The position numbers and the translations under genes are program-made. From positions 62,001 through 126,000 of the IMG/VR virus record IMGVR_UViG_3300020438_000007: DNA of 64,000 nt. One strand, 5' to 3'. Positions 48,542-58,700 of the stretch are shown one piece after another (the first letter of the stretch is position 1; each line of letters starts with the position of its first letter). The notes under the pieces are model-generated. The model was not told the DNA's origin, did no database searches, and worked only from the letters and a program-made list of their open reading frames with translations.

Positions 48542-50344
48542 TCAGTTCTTTACTTCGATCATAAGACCATGTTCAGGCAGATAGAGGTATTCTATCAAAC
48601 TGTTTGCAAGAGTCCTCAGAGCGTCATCTAGGGTCTCTACAAGAGGTTCTCCGCCTAGGTTGAAGGATGTATTGAAGATAATAGGACATCCTGTCTTCTC
48701 GTAGAAGGTATTGATTACATTATAGTAATTTGGATTCACTTCTTTAGTAACAGTCTGTATCCTACATGTATCATCAACATGAATAATTGCTGGAATCTTT
48801 TCTTTGATTCCTTCTTGACATTTAACTGCATACATCATAAATGGTGTATCATCCATACCACGAAGATCAAACCATTCATGCACATGTTCTTTCAATATTG
48901 ATCCAGCAAAAGGCCTGAAATATTCACGACGTTTGATGGCATTGACATGATCTTTTCCTTTAGGATCTCTAGGATCGTACATGATTGATCTGTTACCCAA
49001 TGCACGAGGGCCAGCTTCCGACTTACCTTGGAACATTGCAACAATATTTTTCTTCGTAATCAAATCAACTACGTCTTCATCTGTTGCCTCAAAGATCCTA
49101 GTTGCATCATAATAATTTGCAAGGTCTGTAATATACTCGGTATCATATTCATGTACAGGTCCATAGTATAGATCTGTCATGGGTGGATGAACTTTCGTAT
49201 TCTTACTTACTTTCTGGTAGTGCCAGTACGCAGCACCTATCGCTGTTCCAGCATCATTACTTACTGGTTCTACAAATAGATTAATACCTTCATCTTTTAG
49301 TTGTTCAAGATACCAATAGTTTGCAACACAGTTTAATCCATATCCACCAGAGAGAACAACATTCTTTTCTCCACTCATCTTAACTGCCTTACGAATCAAA
49401 TCCAGAACCATCTGTTCTGATTCTATTTGAATAGCATAAGCCATATCTCTACGGTTTTGTAATTTAGTAATATCCTTTACCGATTGCGTATCCATAGGTT
49501 CTCTTAGTTCTACGAATCTACCTTTGTTTACTATAGCACCATTAGGATAGGTAGGTACAATAAGATCTCGATTAGTGGTAGACCAATCACTCATCCCATC
49601 ATGGTCAGTGTAGATATCTGGTATCTTTAAATTCTGTTGACCGTAAGGGAAGAGTCCCATAGTTTTTCCAGCTTCAATAGGAGACCAACCACAATATTGT
49701 GTTACTGCCTCATAAGCTTTTACAATACCAGCAGTGTCATCTAAAATTAATTCATGAGTTCCCTCCTCATCTTCTCTACTAGATGGGAAATTAAATAATC
49801 TTACAGCACCATAAGGACCTCTACCTCCCTGATGTTTGTATAGAGTCTTGAACTTATCTGGATATTCACATTTGATAATCGTTTCTAGTTCCCATGTCAT
49901 CTCCTGTTCACCATCAATCTCCATAGGGATGAATGTTCCAGCACCATCTACAATGACAGATACTGCACTCTCAAATCCTGATCTAAAGAAAGCACAAGAT
50001 GAATGAAGTTTATGATGAATATGACTGTAATCTACAACTTGAGGATGTTTATAGATGTCTGCTTGACGATCAATAAGACCTAGTTTTCTTGCAAGAGAAA
50101 CGTAGATAGGTTCTCCTGTAAAATCATTAGATGCAGCCTGATCTAGAGGTTGTGTATGTGCAACTACAAGATAATCAAGTGTATCGGTGTAATCCAATAT
50201 CTTGATCATGGATGCCAAAGGACCTCCATCATATTTCTTTCTTGATAGTCTCTCCTCTTCAATGGAGAAAACTAGTTGTCCATCTTTCAGTAGGCATACA
50301 CCAGAGTTGTGACCTCTAGCGATTGCAGCAATCCATTGTGTCAT
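48542..50344 (-). CDS. O-carbamoyltransferase (NodU/CmcH/TobZ family)
   Basis: HNSG, EEERLSRKK, HHKLH, SGGYGLNC, NDAG, GPRALGNRS, RREYFRPFA, NTSFN. Confidence 0.92.
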   Translation of the reverse strand: MTQWIAAIARGHNSGVCLLKDGQLVFSIEEERLSRKKYDGGPLASMIKILDYTDTLDYLVVAHTQPLDQAASNDFTGEPIYVSLARKLGLIDRQADIYKHPQVVDYSHIHHKLHSSCAFFRSGFESAVSVIVDGAGTFIPMEIDGEQEMTWELETIIKCEYPDKFKTLYKHQGGRGPYGAVRLFNFPSSREDEEGTHELILDDTAGIVKAYEAVTQYCGWSPIEAGKTMGLFPYGQQNLKIPDIYTDHDGMSDWSTTNRDLIVPTYPNGAIVNKGRFVELREPMDTQSVKDITKLQNRRDMAYAIQIESEQMVLDLIRKAVKMSGEKNVVLSGGYGLNCVANYWYLEQLKDEGINLFVEPVSNDAGTAIGAAYWHYQKVSKNTKVHPPMTDLYYGPVHEYDTEYITDLANYYDATRIFEATDEDVVDLITKKNIVAMFQGKSEAGPRALGNRSIMYDPRDPKGKDHVNAIKRREYFRPFAGSILKEHVHEWFDLRGMDDTPFMMYAVKCQEGIKEKIPAIIHVDDTCRIQTVTKEVNPNYYNVINTFYEKTGCPIIFNTSFNLGGEPLVETLDDALRTLANSLIEYLYLPEHGLMIEVKN

Positions 50345-50348
50345 AATC

Positions 50349-51602
50349 TCAATCTTTCTTTTCTATAGTAATTGCATTTTCTTTATCAGATTTTAACAAA
50401 TTCTTGATTTCAGATTGGAAACCTTTGTTATTCTTTGGCTTCTTTGGTTTTGGAAGTTCCATAGTAAAGGTAGGTTTTGGAGCACCACTCATCGTTGGTA
50501 CACTGTCTCCTTTTCCTGATGGCAACCAATTTGATGTTCCTTGCATTGGTTGTGGTTGTTGCATGGGAGGTGCAATACCTTGTTGTGGTTGTTGAGGTTG
50601 GTTTGGTGGACAAGATTGTCCTTGCTGTTGTTGTGGAGGAACAAAAGTACCTGTGTATGCTTTCGATTTACCCAATCTCTTCCTACAAGATGCAACAATT
50701 TCATCAATATGTTTCTTACTTAGTTCCATCGATTCATCATTGAAACGATCTATTGTTTCGTCCATTGCAATTCTGATAGGAGCATATTCTCTACGTCCAT
50801 TTCCAACATCAATAATATCGAAGTCTTTGTGGCCTGGATAACTAATGTTTTCTGGATATGTGGAACCAATCACAACGGTTGCAGTCTTATCAAATGATCT
50901 TGCAATATGTTGACCCATACTGTCACATCCTAAGAAGTGATCAGCAATCTCAATCACAGCAGCCCAAACTCTCATATCACTAATTTGTGGTCTAGCAATA
51001 GGATATTTACCTTCATTCTCCTCAACAGCAAAGTGATGTTCACTCATTACAATTACTGCGTAATCTTTCTTTAGACTATTGATAATATCTACAGCTCCTG
51101 TAAGAGGCATACTTCTGGAAGTTGGATCTGCAATAAACTCTCCCATCTGTTGAATAGATCTGCCAAATGGTTGAATTACAATTACCTTGTCTTTTTTAGT
51201 AACAGATTTAATTTCTTCAACAATATTATAGGCAGTAATGACCTCTGTTTTATTGAGATTCAATGTGGGTTTAGGAAGTTTTCTAGGTTCTTTTAACCCA
51301 TTAATTGCCATATCATATGCTTGTGCTAAATTGCACTGTTGATTATAATAGTGCCACACTCTATATGGTTCTGGACTTTCGCAGTCCCTTTGTTTAATAT
51401 GTTCTTGGAATACTCTTTTATGCCAATGGTCGTAGACCTTATCATCTAATGTCGGATGTCCTTTAAAGAAGTCAGTTCCGCCCTCACAAATGATAACAAA
51501 ATCATCATGGGTTTCTGCATATTTTTCAAATGCTGGTATTGAACTTATTACTCTCCCTGCCCCACCATTGATGAAGAATGCTTTTGATCTCATAGTTCTC
51601 AT
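50349..51602 (-). CDS. GT9-like (heptosyltransferase-like) glycosyltransferase with Q/P-rich tail
   Basis: GGAGRVISSIP (cf. GGxGD...P), IQPFG, FLGCDSMGQHIA (cf. FIGNDSG.MH.A), VVIGST. Confidence 0.6.
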   Translation of the reverse strand: MRTMRSKAFFINGGAGRVISSIPAFEKYAETHDDFVIICEGGTDFFKGHPTLDDKVYDHWHKRVFQEHIKQRDCESPEPYRVWHYYNQQCNLAQAYDMAINGLKEPRKLPKPTLNLNKTEVITAYNIVEEIKSVTKKDKVIVIQPFGRSIQQMGEFIADPTSRSMPLTGAVDIINSLKKDYAVIVMSEHHFAVEENEGKYPIARPQISDMRVWAAVIEIADHFLGCDSMGQHIARSFDKTATVVIGSTYPENISYPGHKDFDIIDVGNGRREYAPIRIAMDETIDRFNDESMELSKKHIDEIVASCRKRLGKSKAYTGTFVPPQQQQGQSCPPNQPQQPQQGIAPPMQQPQPMQGTSNWLPSGKGDSVPTMSGAPKPTFTMELPKPKKPKNNKGFQSEIKNLLKSDKENAITIEKKD

Positions 51603-51620
51603 AATTCCTATAGTATATAG

Positions 51621-52280
51621 TCACATAAAAAATACCTGTGCCAGACGAGGATGTTCCTTAAACATCTTTCGATTTATGTCTGCTCCGTGGGTACATTCAG
51701 CTTCATACATTATCATTCTATTATATTTCATTGGACATGTAAACTGTATATCTTTTCGTATATTGTAATCACCATAGGCATGATCTGTCAGATATTTGTA
51801 AAAATCTGTTCCGCCTTCGCACTCCTCATCTTTGTTCAAATAAACTAGAGCGGCCCAACTAGAATTATCGTCTTTGTGATGAGTGTAACAATAGACAGTC
51901 TTAGTAAATCTTTCATTTATATCTTTGTTGGTAGTATGGTTGACCCAGAACTTTTGATTATCCCATCTATAATCAAACATTCCTTCACTAAATTGAATAT
52001 TAGTCCATTCCGAATGTTGGCAAAGTTCTTTGAAAACTGGTTTCAAAATCTCAATCATATCTGGTCTATCTTCAACAACTCTCGTTCCTATAAGACCGCC
52101 ACAATGTTCTTTGTCACCTGTTCTATCGCATGATAGAGCGTAATCCCTGACTTCATCAGGGTTCTTGTAGAAGTCATCTACTACAAATACTTTTCTCCAC
52201 TGGTAACCAGCGTCACTAAATCTATCGTAGTCATAACATTTTTTTATAAGAGAAATCTGAACAGGATTTATTTCAAACAT
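51621..52280 (-). CDS. DUF6445-family (2OG-Fe(II)-like) protein
   Basis: VDDFYKNPDEVR, HHKD, LVYLN, GGTDFY, MKYNRMIMY, RLAQVFF; paralogue of 42412..43110. Confidence 0.7.
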   Translation of the reverse strand: MFEINPVQISLIKKCYDYDRFSDAGYQWRKVFVVDDFYKNPDEVRDYALSCDRTGDKEHCGGLIGTRVVEDRPDMIEILKPVFKELCQHSEWTNIQFSEGMFDYRWDNQKFWVNHTTNKDINERFTKTVYCYTHHKDDNSSWAALVYLNKDEECEGGTDFYKYLTDHAYGDYNIRKDIQFTCPMKYNRMIMYEAECTHGADINRKMFKEHPRLAQVFFM

Positions 52281-52285
52281 GTAAT

Positions 52286-52313
52286 AAAAAAGATCCCCTT
52301 ATTAGGAGGATCT
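52286..52313 (-). terminator. Rho-independent terminator
   Basis: AGATCCTCC-TAATAA-GGGGATCT + T-tract. Confidence 0.7.
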
Positions 52314-52342
52314 TAGTAGGATATTTTATATATAAAAGTTTT

Positions 52343-53128
52343 TTAGATTGAATTAGGAGGTTGCCATGCTGTTGCTCCATCTGCATCGGATTCTGGGTCA
52401 GCAGGTGGATTTGCAAATCCAGGCTCAAATGGGAACATCAAGTCAGCAAAGTTTGGATGAACTCCAGCTGCAATCATCTTATTAGGAAGGTCCCTTAGTG
52501 CTTGGCGGTATGCTTTCCACTGGTCTTTAAGTGCATCAGGCATATCTTCTGCAAGTTGACCATCACTATTAGAAAGAACATTGTCTCTGTGACCTCTAAC
52601 ATGTTCCCATGTCTTGTCCTCATCAACACCGTTTAACTTCTGTCTAGGTGTGAAGTTGCCAATGGTAATATCGTTGGGCCCAGCAGAGCCAGGGTTTGCA
52701 ACTCTGATACTATCATAGTCAAAAAAGTCATCAGCGAATATAGTTGAAGAAAATGTAAACTGAGGATACACAGATCCATCTACCACTGGAGAGCCAGGAT
52801 GGTTCGTGTCTACACCAGCACCTCTGTCTTCTTCTTTCTCGTTTACAACAGGTCCTCTTAACTGACAGATAAGTGTATGTAAATCACTTGATGCACAGTC
52901 AACCTCGTACCATTGTACAACGTCAGCTGGTTTTGGACGACCATCTGCGATATCATCCTCTGTTAGAGGACCATATACTTCTCTTCCTTCTGCATTAATT
53001 TGCAGAAAAATCTTGTCTGGACCATCATAAGTTTGGTCTCTTTGGTTTCCATCAGATTTTGAGTGATCTGTAAGGAAAGCGTTCGGAAGATCTAACTTCC
53101 AGTTATGTGAAATAATTTTTGTTGCCAT
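52343..53128 (-). CDS. Tail fibre assembly chaperone-like protein
   Basis: C-terminal WEHVRGHRDNVLSNSD....WKAYRQALRDLP typical of tail assembly chaperones. Confidence 0.72.
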   Translation of the reverse strand: MATKIISHNWKLDLPNAFLTDHSKSDGNQRDQTYDGPDKIFLQINAEGREVYGPLTEDDIADGRPKPADVVQWYEVDCASSDLHTLICQLRGPVVNEKEEDRGAGVDTNHPGSPVVDGSVYPQFTFSSTIFADDFFDYDSIRVANPGSAGPNDITIGNFTPRQKLNGVDEDKTWEHVRGHRDNVLSNSDGQLAEDMPDALKDQWKAYRQALRDLPNKMIAAGVHPNFADLMFPFEPGFANPPADPESDADGATAWQPPNSI

Positions 53129-53160
53129 TGTGGATTTCTTCGGGTTTACTCCTTCGGCAC

Positions 53161-53168
53161 TATTTATA
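53161..53168 (-). promoter_or_regulatory. T4-type late promoter TATAAATA
   Basis: Exact consensus fused to a terminator T-tract, upstream of the chaperone gene. Confidence 0.78.
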
Positions 53169-53192
53169 AAAAAAGAGGGTCATAGACCCTCT
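53168..53192 (-). terminator. Rho-independent terminator after the Cys-rich triplet
   Basis: AGAGGGTC-TAT-GACCCTCT + T-tract. Confidence 0.75.
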
Positions 53193-53272
53193 AGTAGTCG
53201 GAATCTGCAACGCACATCCCTAAACAACGTATTTTATTTGTAGCAGTTCTCTTACAATGTCTGCAAAGAATC

Positions 53273-54064
53273 TTAGACGTAGGTGATTTTAACGAGTCCT
53301 CCTCCACCTTGACCGCCCTGTCCGCAACAACTACTTCCACAGTAGTTACTGTTTGCACCTTGTCCGCCGTGTCCATAGGGAACTGTCCAACAACCACATC
53401 TCATCCAACACTGTCTTTGTCCATATGAAACACCAAGAGTTCCGATGAATGGAGCACCTGTTGGTCTACCTTCGTTATAGTAACAGTGACAGTTGAATCC
53501 GTCAGGTCTGTATGAGTTACCACCGTGGTTGCCCATTCCGAAGTCTCCTCCGTGAGCGCCAGGTTGCATACAGCAAGTATGGAATTCAGAATAACAGTTT
53601 GCAGACCAGTCACCAGTTGCACAACCTCTAACACCACCTAAGGCACAGAAGTTAGATAGGTTATATCCATTTACATAGGAGTTACATCCGCAACATCCTG
53701 TACACTCTCTAGAACAACATCTATAAACACCAGCAGCACAGACACTGTATTGGCAACCAGACTTAGTACTAATAGTTTTAGTATTATAGTACCCTCCTCC
53801 AGCACCATGCCAGTTTTGACATCTGTTACATGAACATGCACCGTGTCCGTTACCTCCAGATCCCCATATCTCAAATGTAGCTCGTGTTACACCCGTTGGA
53901 ACTGTCCAAAGGCAACAACAGCCAGGTGTACAGTAACATGGATGTCCATAGACCCATTTTACACACCAGTTTGAGAAAGAACCCGCTTGAACCTTTGATG
54001 CTGGAATACTTCCATCCTCAAATGTCGAGGCATTAATTTGTTTATAACTTGAGTAAGTAGCCAT
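53273..54064 (-). CDS. Cys-rich Gly-rich fibre-tip-like protein, paralogue 3
   Basis: About 30 Cys in 263 aa; WTVPTGV..EIWGSGG...GGQGGGGLVKITY. Confidence 0.75.
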   Translation of the reverse strand: MATYSSYKQINASTFEDGSIPASKVQAGSFSNWCVKWVYGHPCYCTPGCCCLWTVPTGVTRATFEIWGSGGNGHGACSCNRCQNWHGAGGGYYNTKTISTKSGCQYSVCAAGVYRCCSRECTGCCGCNSYVNGYNLSNFCALGGVRGCATGDWSANCYSEFHTCCMQPGAHGGDFGMGNHGGNSYRPDGFNCHCYYNEGRPTGAPFIGTLGVSYGQRQCWMRCGCWTVPYGHGGQGANSNYCGSSCCGQGGQGGGGLVKITYV

Positions 54065-54073
54065 TTCTTCCCC

Positions 54074-54868
54074 TTAGAAGTATGTAATTTTGACGAGACC
54101 GCCACCGCCAGTACCGCCTTGTCCGCAGCACCCACCACAATATGTAGTCATAGCGCTCTGTCCGCCGTGACCGTAAGGTACGATCCAGCAACCACAACGA
54201 ATCCAACATTCTCTAATAGATTGAGTAACTTGTGTACCAATCAACGGTGCAGAAGTAGGTCTATGACCATAGTGGTAACAGTGACACCAACCTCTATAAG
54301 TATCATGTCTTGATGAAGACCAAGTACTGGTCTGGTTGCCCATTCCGAAGTCTCCGTTGTTTGAAGTAGGACCTAAACAACAGCAATTTTGTGCGTTACA
54401 AGCAGTTGACCAACTTGGGTTAGCGTTTCCACGGTTTCCACCTTTGGCACAGAAGTTAGATAAGTTGTATCCATTTACATAAGATGAACAACCTGTACAT
54501 CCATAACACTCTCTAGAGAGACATGGATAAACACCAGCCGCACAAATACTGTAAGAACAACCACCATTGGTTGTAATCATTTTGGAGTTGTAGTATCCTC
54601 CAGAAGCACCATGATAGTGCTGACATCTGTTACATGAACATGCACCAGTACCATTTCCTCCAGCACCCCACATCTGAATCCACATGTTTCCAACCCCAGT
54701 AGGGGCTGACCAGTTACAGCAACAGCCTGGTGAACAACGGCAGTTTGTACCGAATACCCATTTTACGCCGTAACTTTCGTTAGGAGATCCACTGAAACTT
54801 CCAGCGTCAAGGCTATTGTCCTCTAAGGAATCTCCACTGATTTTTTTGTATGATGAATAACTTGCCAT
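54074..54868 (-). CDS. Cys-rich Gly-rich fibre-tip-like protein, paralogue 2
   Basis: About 27 Cys in 264 aa; same scaffold. Confidence 0.75.
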   Translation of the reverse strand: MASYSSYKKISGDSLEDNSLDAGSFSGSPNESYGVKWVFGTNCRCSPGCCCNWSAPTGVGNMWIQMWGAGGNGTGACSCNRCQHYHGASGGYYNSKMITTNGGCSYSICAAGVYPCLSRECYGCTGCSSYVNGYNLSNFCAKGGNRGNANPSWSTACNAQNCCCLGPTSNNGDFGMGNQTSTWSSSRHDTYRGWCHCYHYGHRPTSAPLIGTQVTQSIRECWIRCGCWIVPYGHGGQSAMTTYCGGCCGQGGTGGGGLVKITYF

Positions 54869-54880
54869 TTTTGTTTAATC

Positions 54881-55666
54881 CTAGACGTAGGTAATTCGTA
54901 CAACACCAGAGCCGCCTTGGCCGCCCTGACCACAACAACTACTTCCGCAGTATGTAGTCTGAGCACCTTGACCACCTGTCGCATAAGGAGCAGTCCAACA
55001 ACCACATCTCATCCAACATTGTTCCAGCTGCACCTCGGTTCCAGCTGATAGGAACGGAGCTCCTGATCCTTCTTCACTTGTAACCGCACCAGTACAGTGA
55101 CAGTTCCAGTGACCTGACCAACCTTTTTGGTGAGGAGCCATTGCGAAGTCTCCACCCCATGTTCCAGGCGATGCACAGCACCAGTGTCTAGATGTACATC
55201 TAATTGACCAGTCGGGGTTTGCACAACCTCTTGCACCACCAATGGCACAGAAGCCACTTAAGTTGTAACCGTTAACGTATGAAGAACATCCATCACATCC
55301 GTTACACTCTCTTGAACAGCACCTGTAAACACCACCAGCACATACAGAATATGAGCAACCAGCAGCGGTACTGATTGTTTTAGTATTGTATGCACCTCCA
55401 GCAGCACCTTGATAGTGATGACATCTGTTACATGAACATGCACCATGTCCGTTACCACCAGCACCCCAGATTTCTAGGGTTAGTTTACCTACACCTGCTG
55501 GGACAGTCCAGTTACAGCAACAGCCAGGTGTGCAATAACATGGATGTCCATAGAACATCTTGACACAATAGTCAGGGGTGCCACCCGCCGCCAGCTTCGA
55601 GATTGGGATGGTTCCCGAAGCGATTTGGTCGGATCTTACTTTTTTATATGATCTATAGTTGGCCAT
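54881..55666 (-). CDS. Cys-rich Gly-rich fibre-tip-like protein, paralogue 1
   Basis: About 29 Cys in 261 aa; same scaffold. Confidence 0.75.
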   Translation of the reverse strand: MANYRSYKKVRSDQIASGTIPISKLAAGGTPDYCVKMFYGHPCYCTPGCCCNWTVPAGVGKLTLEIWGAGGNGHGACSCNRCHHYQGAAGGAYNTKTISTAAGCSYSVCAGGVYRCCSRECNGCDGCSSYVNGYNLSGFCAIGGARGCANPDWSIRCTSRHWCCASPGTWGGDFAMAPHQKGWSGHWNCHCTGAVTSEEGSGAPFLSAGTEVQLEQCWMRCGCWTAPYATGGQGAQTTYCGSSCCGQGGQGGSGVVRITYV

Positions 55667-55717
55667 TTACGATCCTTAAAGGGGTTGAATAAAAGTAATA
55701 ATGTAGATAATCAAGCA

Positions 55718-58700
55718 TTAGATGGAGAAGATTCTCCAACCGTATGTATCACCTGAGAAGATAAGTGTAAATGCGGCACTTTCTGTTTGAACAGTCAGGT
55801 CAGAAGCATCACCTTGGATGTTCTTACCGTTTCTTGCACAAACTAGTGCGTTAGAATCAAACGTCTTCGCAACGTCCATGAAAGTGACCTCATCACCCAA
55901 GTTAGGTGTTGCAGGCAAGGTCAATGTGACCTGGCCGCCACCTGTGTTAACAAAGTACTTAGTTCCAGCAACAACAGATCCACTTGAGGCAACTGTGGAG
56001 TACTGAGGTACACCAGGCTGAATCCATGCAGTACCGTTGTAGTACTCAAGAGCACCCAAGGTAGTGTTGAATCTTAAGCAACCAGTGTTGAACTCATCGT
56101 CGATACCGCCAGGTCTCTGACCTGTTGTACCAACTGGAGGTGTCATTGCCTTGGTTCCCATCTTCGCACGGGTTAAGAAACCTTTAGTTGCGAATTCAGT
56201 TGGACAAGCAGTGTTTGAGTTACCAGCGAGTGTCTCATCAGATGAGAATTCGTTGATCGCCTCACCGACCTGACCACCAATCGCACCAAGTCTCAATTCT
56301 GTCAAACCAGAAAGGTTGAACGCAGAAGCATCCAATGTAGCACGACCAGTCAACTGGTCAACGGAGAAGAAGTCTCCAACTCGGAAGTTACCACCTTGGT
56401 CGGTAGATACGAAGAACACCTTACCAGGTCCGAACACGTTAGTTTCTTGACCTTGGATAACGTTCGCCAAGTTGACGTTTGGATATCCAGTCTCAGTCTT
56501 GTTACCAGTACCAACTGCGAGGAAGTCATGTCCTGTTAGTCTTGCCTGTGAGAACAATGTTCTGATTTTAATATCGGAACTATTATTAGTACCGAGGTGT
56601 CGAGTATCCCATGTTCCATTTGACTTCTCAGGAGAGATCGTCAGAGTTGCACGGTTACTGAATACCGTTTGTACACCAGCGACTGATCCTGCTTGCCACT
56701 CATAGAAAGTGGATGCAACGGACACGCCCGTAATTGTGTTAATAATGTAGAACCTATCGTCAGCACCATATAGTGATGTCTGGAATCCGATAGCGTCACC
56801 GATTAATAGAGTAGCAGAAGTTTGGTCAACTTCTAGAATTGTACCTTTCTGTCCAGTTGTGGAAGATGCAGCTGCACCGACCGTGATTGAACCGACACCA
56901 GAACTCTGTTCTGCACCAGCACCGAACCAGATGATCTCACTGTCTACGAAACCAGTGGTTCCGATTCCAGCGTTACCGTATCCAGTCTGATACTTGAAGT
57001 AAATCTTATCAGCAGAGATCTGATCGTTCAAGAACCATCCAGTTGCCTTAGATGTCTGACCGAACATTGTAGCACCTAATGCCACTGTTCCAGACTTAGT
57101 TGTACCTTGAACTTCCATCATGTCACCGAAGACTTTTGCAGTTCTCGGAACTTCATCAGTTGAGAAACCAGATGAGATAACACCGTAGTCTCCGTAAGAG
57201 TTGTTTCCACCAACACCCCTGATTCTTGATCCACCACCTGAGTAGTAACCCCACTTAGCGTAGTATGTGAAACAGGAAACGATTTCAGCGATTGCACCCT
57301 TATCAAGGATGTAACCAGCACCGTCAGATGCAACGTGCGTAAACGCATCGAACACCATTGATTTTGCACCTGTGTCGTGTACACCACCATCGATGAATAC
57401 ACCAACACCACCACCACCGAATCTGCCACTTTCTGTTGCAGGGTCAGAGAAACAAGTACAGTCCTTAACGTAAGGTGACTTGTTATCGATAGGTGAATCT
57501 GGGTTCAAGGAGATGAACACACCAGCAGCGGTTGTACCGATACCAGTTCTTAAGTTTGCATTGTCTAACTCTAAAGGAGCGTTAGGATCATAGTAGAATC
57601 CTTCCATTCCTTTCATGGAGATTGCCTGAATGGTTGTCGCATCAGACATCTTAAACATGTGACTCCTGTTGTTAGGAGTTGTAGAGTCATCAGATGTTCC
57701 CTCTTTAGGAAGAACCTGTGAACCTCTAAGTGCGTTACCAACAATCGAAGTGAAAGGAGGAACTGTAACTGGTAACTGTTCGTAGAACTGAGACGCAGAC
57801 AGTTTCAAGATAGCAGGTGTTAGGTCTGTTACCTTACCGCCTTCAACGTATGTGTGGTTGATAGTTGAGATACCAACGTTAACTTTGAATGAGTCAGAGT
57901 TATCAACTTGAAGAACCTCATAGTAGGACTTAGAGACCTTATCAGGATACTTGGTTGTTGTTAGACCAACGAACGCAGTACCACCAGAAACATAGAGGTA
58001 ATCAGTAGTTGAAACACCTACGTTAAGAGTGATTGAGTTAGAGTCAGGAACACCTTGAACCAAGAATTCGTAAGAACCTTGAGTATGTACAGCAGGGAAC
58101 TTACCAGTGATTGTCTGGTTATCAGATGCAGTACCAACGTTGATTGTAATTGTGTTGGTAGTAACAGAAGTAATGTTTAGAGCAGTGTTGTATGCAGGGT
58201 CTGGGTTTCCATCTCCAGCAACAGCACGAGGATAAGCGTGATCAGTTGTGTATCCGTCCATTGAACAACGGAATGTTAAACCATCTTCCGCTAGTTTTAC
58301 AGAAGTACCAACTGTTAATGAGTGAGCACCAATTGTACAAACCATGTCACCAGTTGCTTGGTTATAAGAAACCGCAGTTGGTTGATGATTGATGATTGGA
58401 GAAGATCCAACGTTTACAGTGAATGTATCAGTTGTTGTACCTGTAATTGATAACTGTTGTCCTCTTGCAGGGTCTTTGCCAGGTCTAGGATATGTCTTCT
58501 GAGTGGCATTGTTGTTCATCGTACAGGTGAACGTAAATGCGTTATCCCCAATGGTAACTTTATCAGAAGTTGATAAACTATGACCAGTAAGGGTCATAGT
58601 GAAGTTACCATTTGAAGGATCGTATGTAGCACCTGTAGGTGTTACTGAAGATCCACCAACAATTGAAACGCCGTTTGCAGCGCAACTGTTGAATGTGTGA

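Noticed and set aside
53273-55666. Selenoprotein or RiPP precursor interpretation of the Cys-rich genes
   Set aside because: No in-frame TGA (stops are TAA/TAG); ~260 aa with a fibre-tip scaffold, not a leader-core peptide; no radical SAM or LanM enzyme nearby
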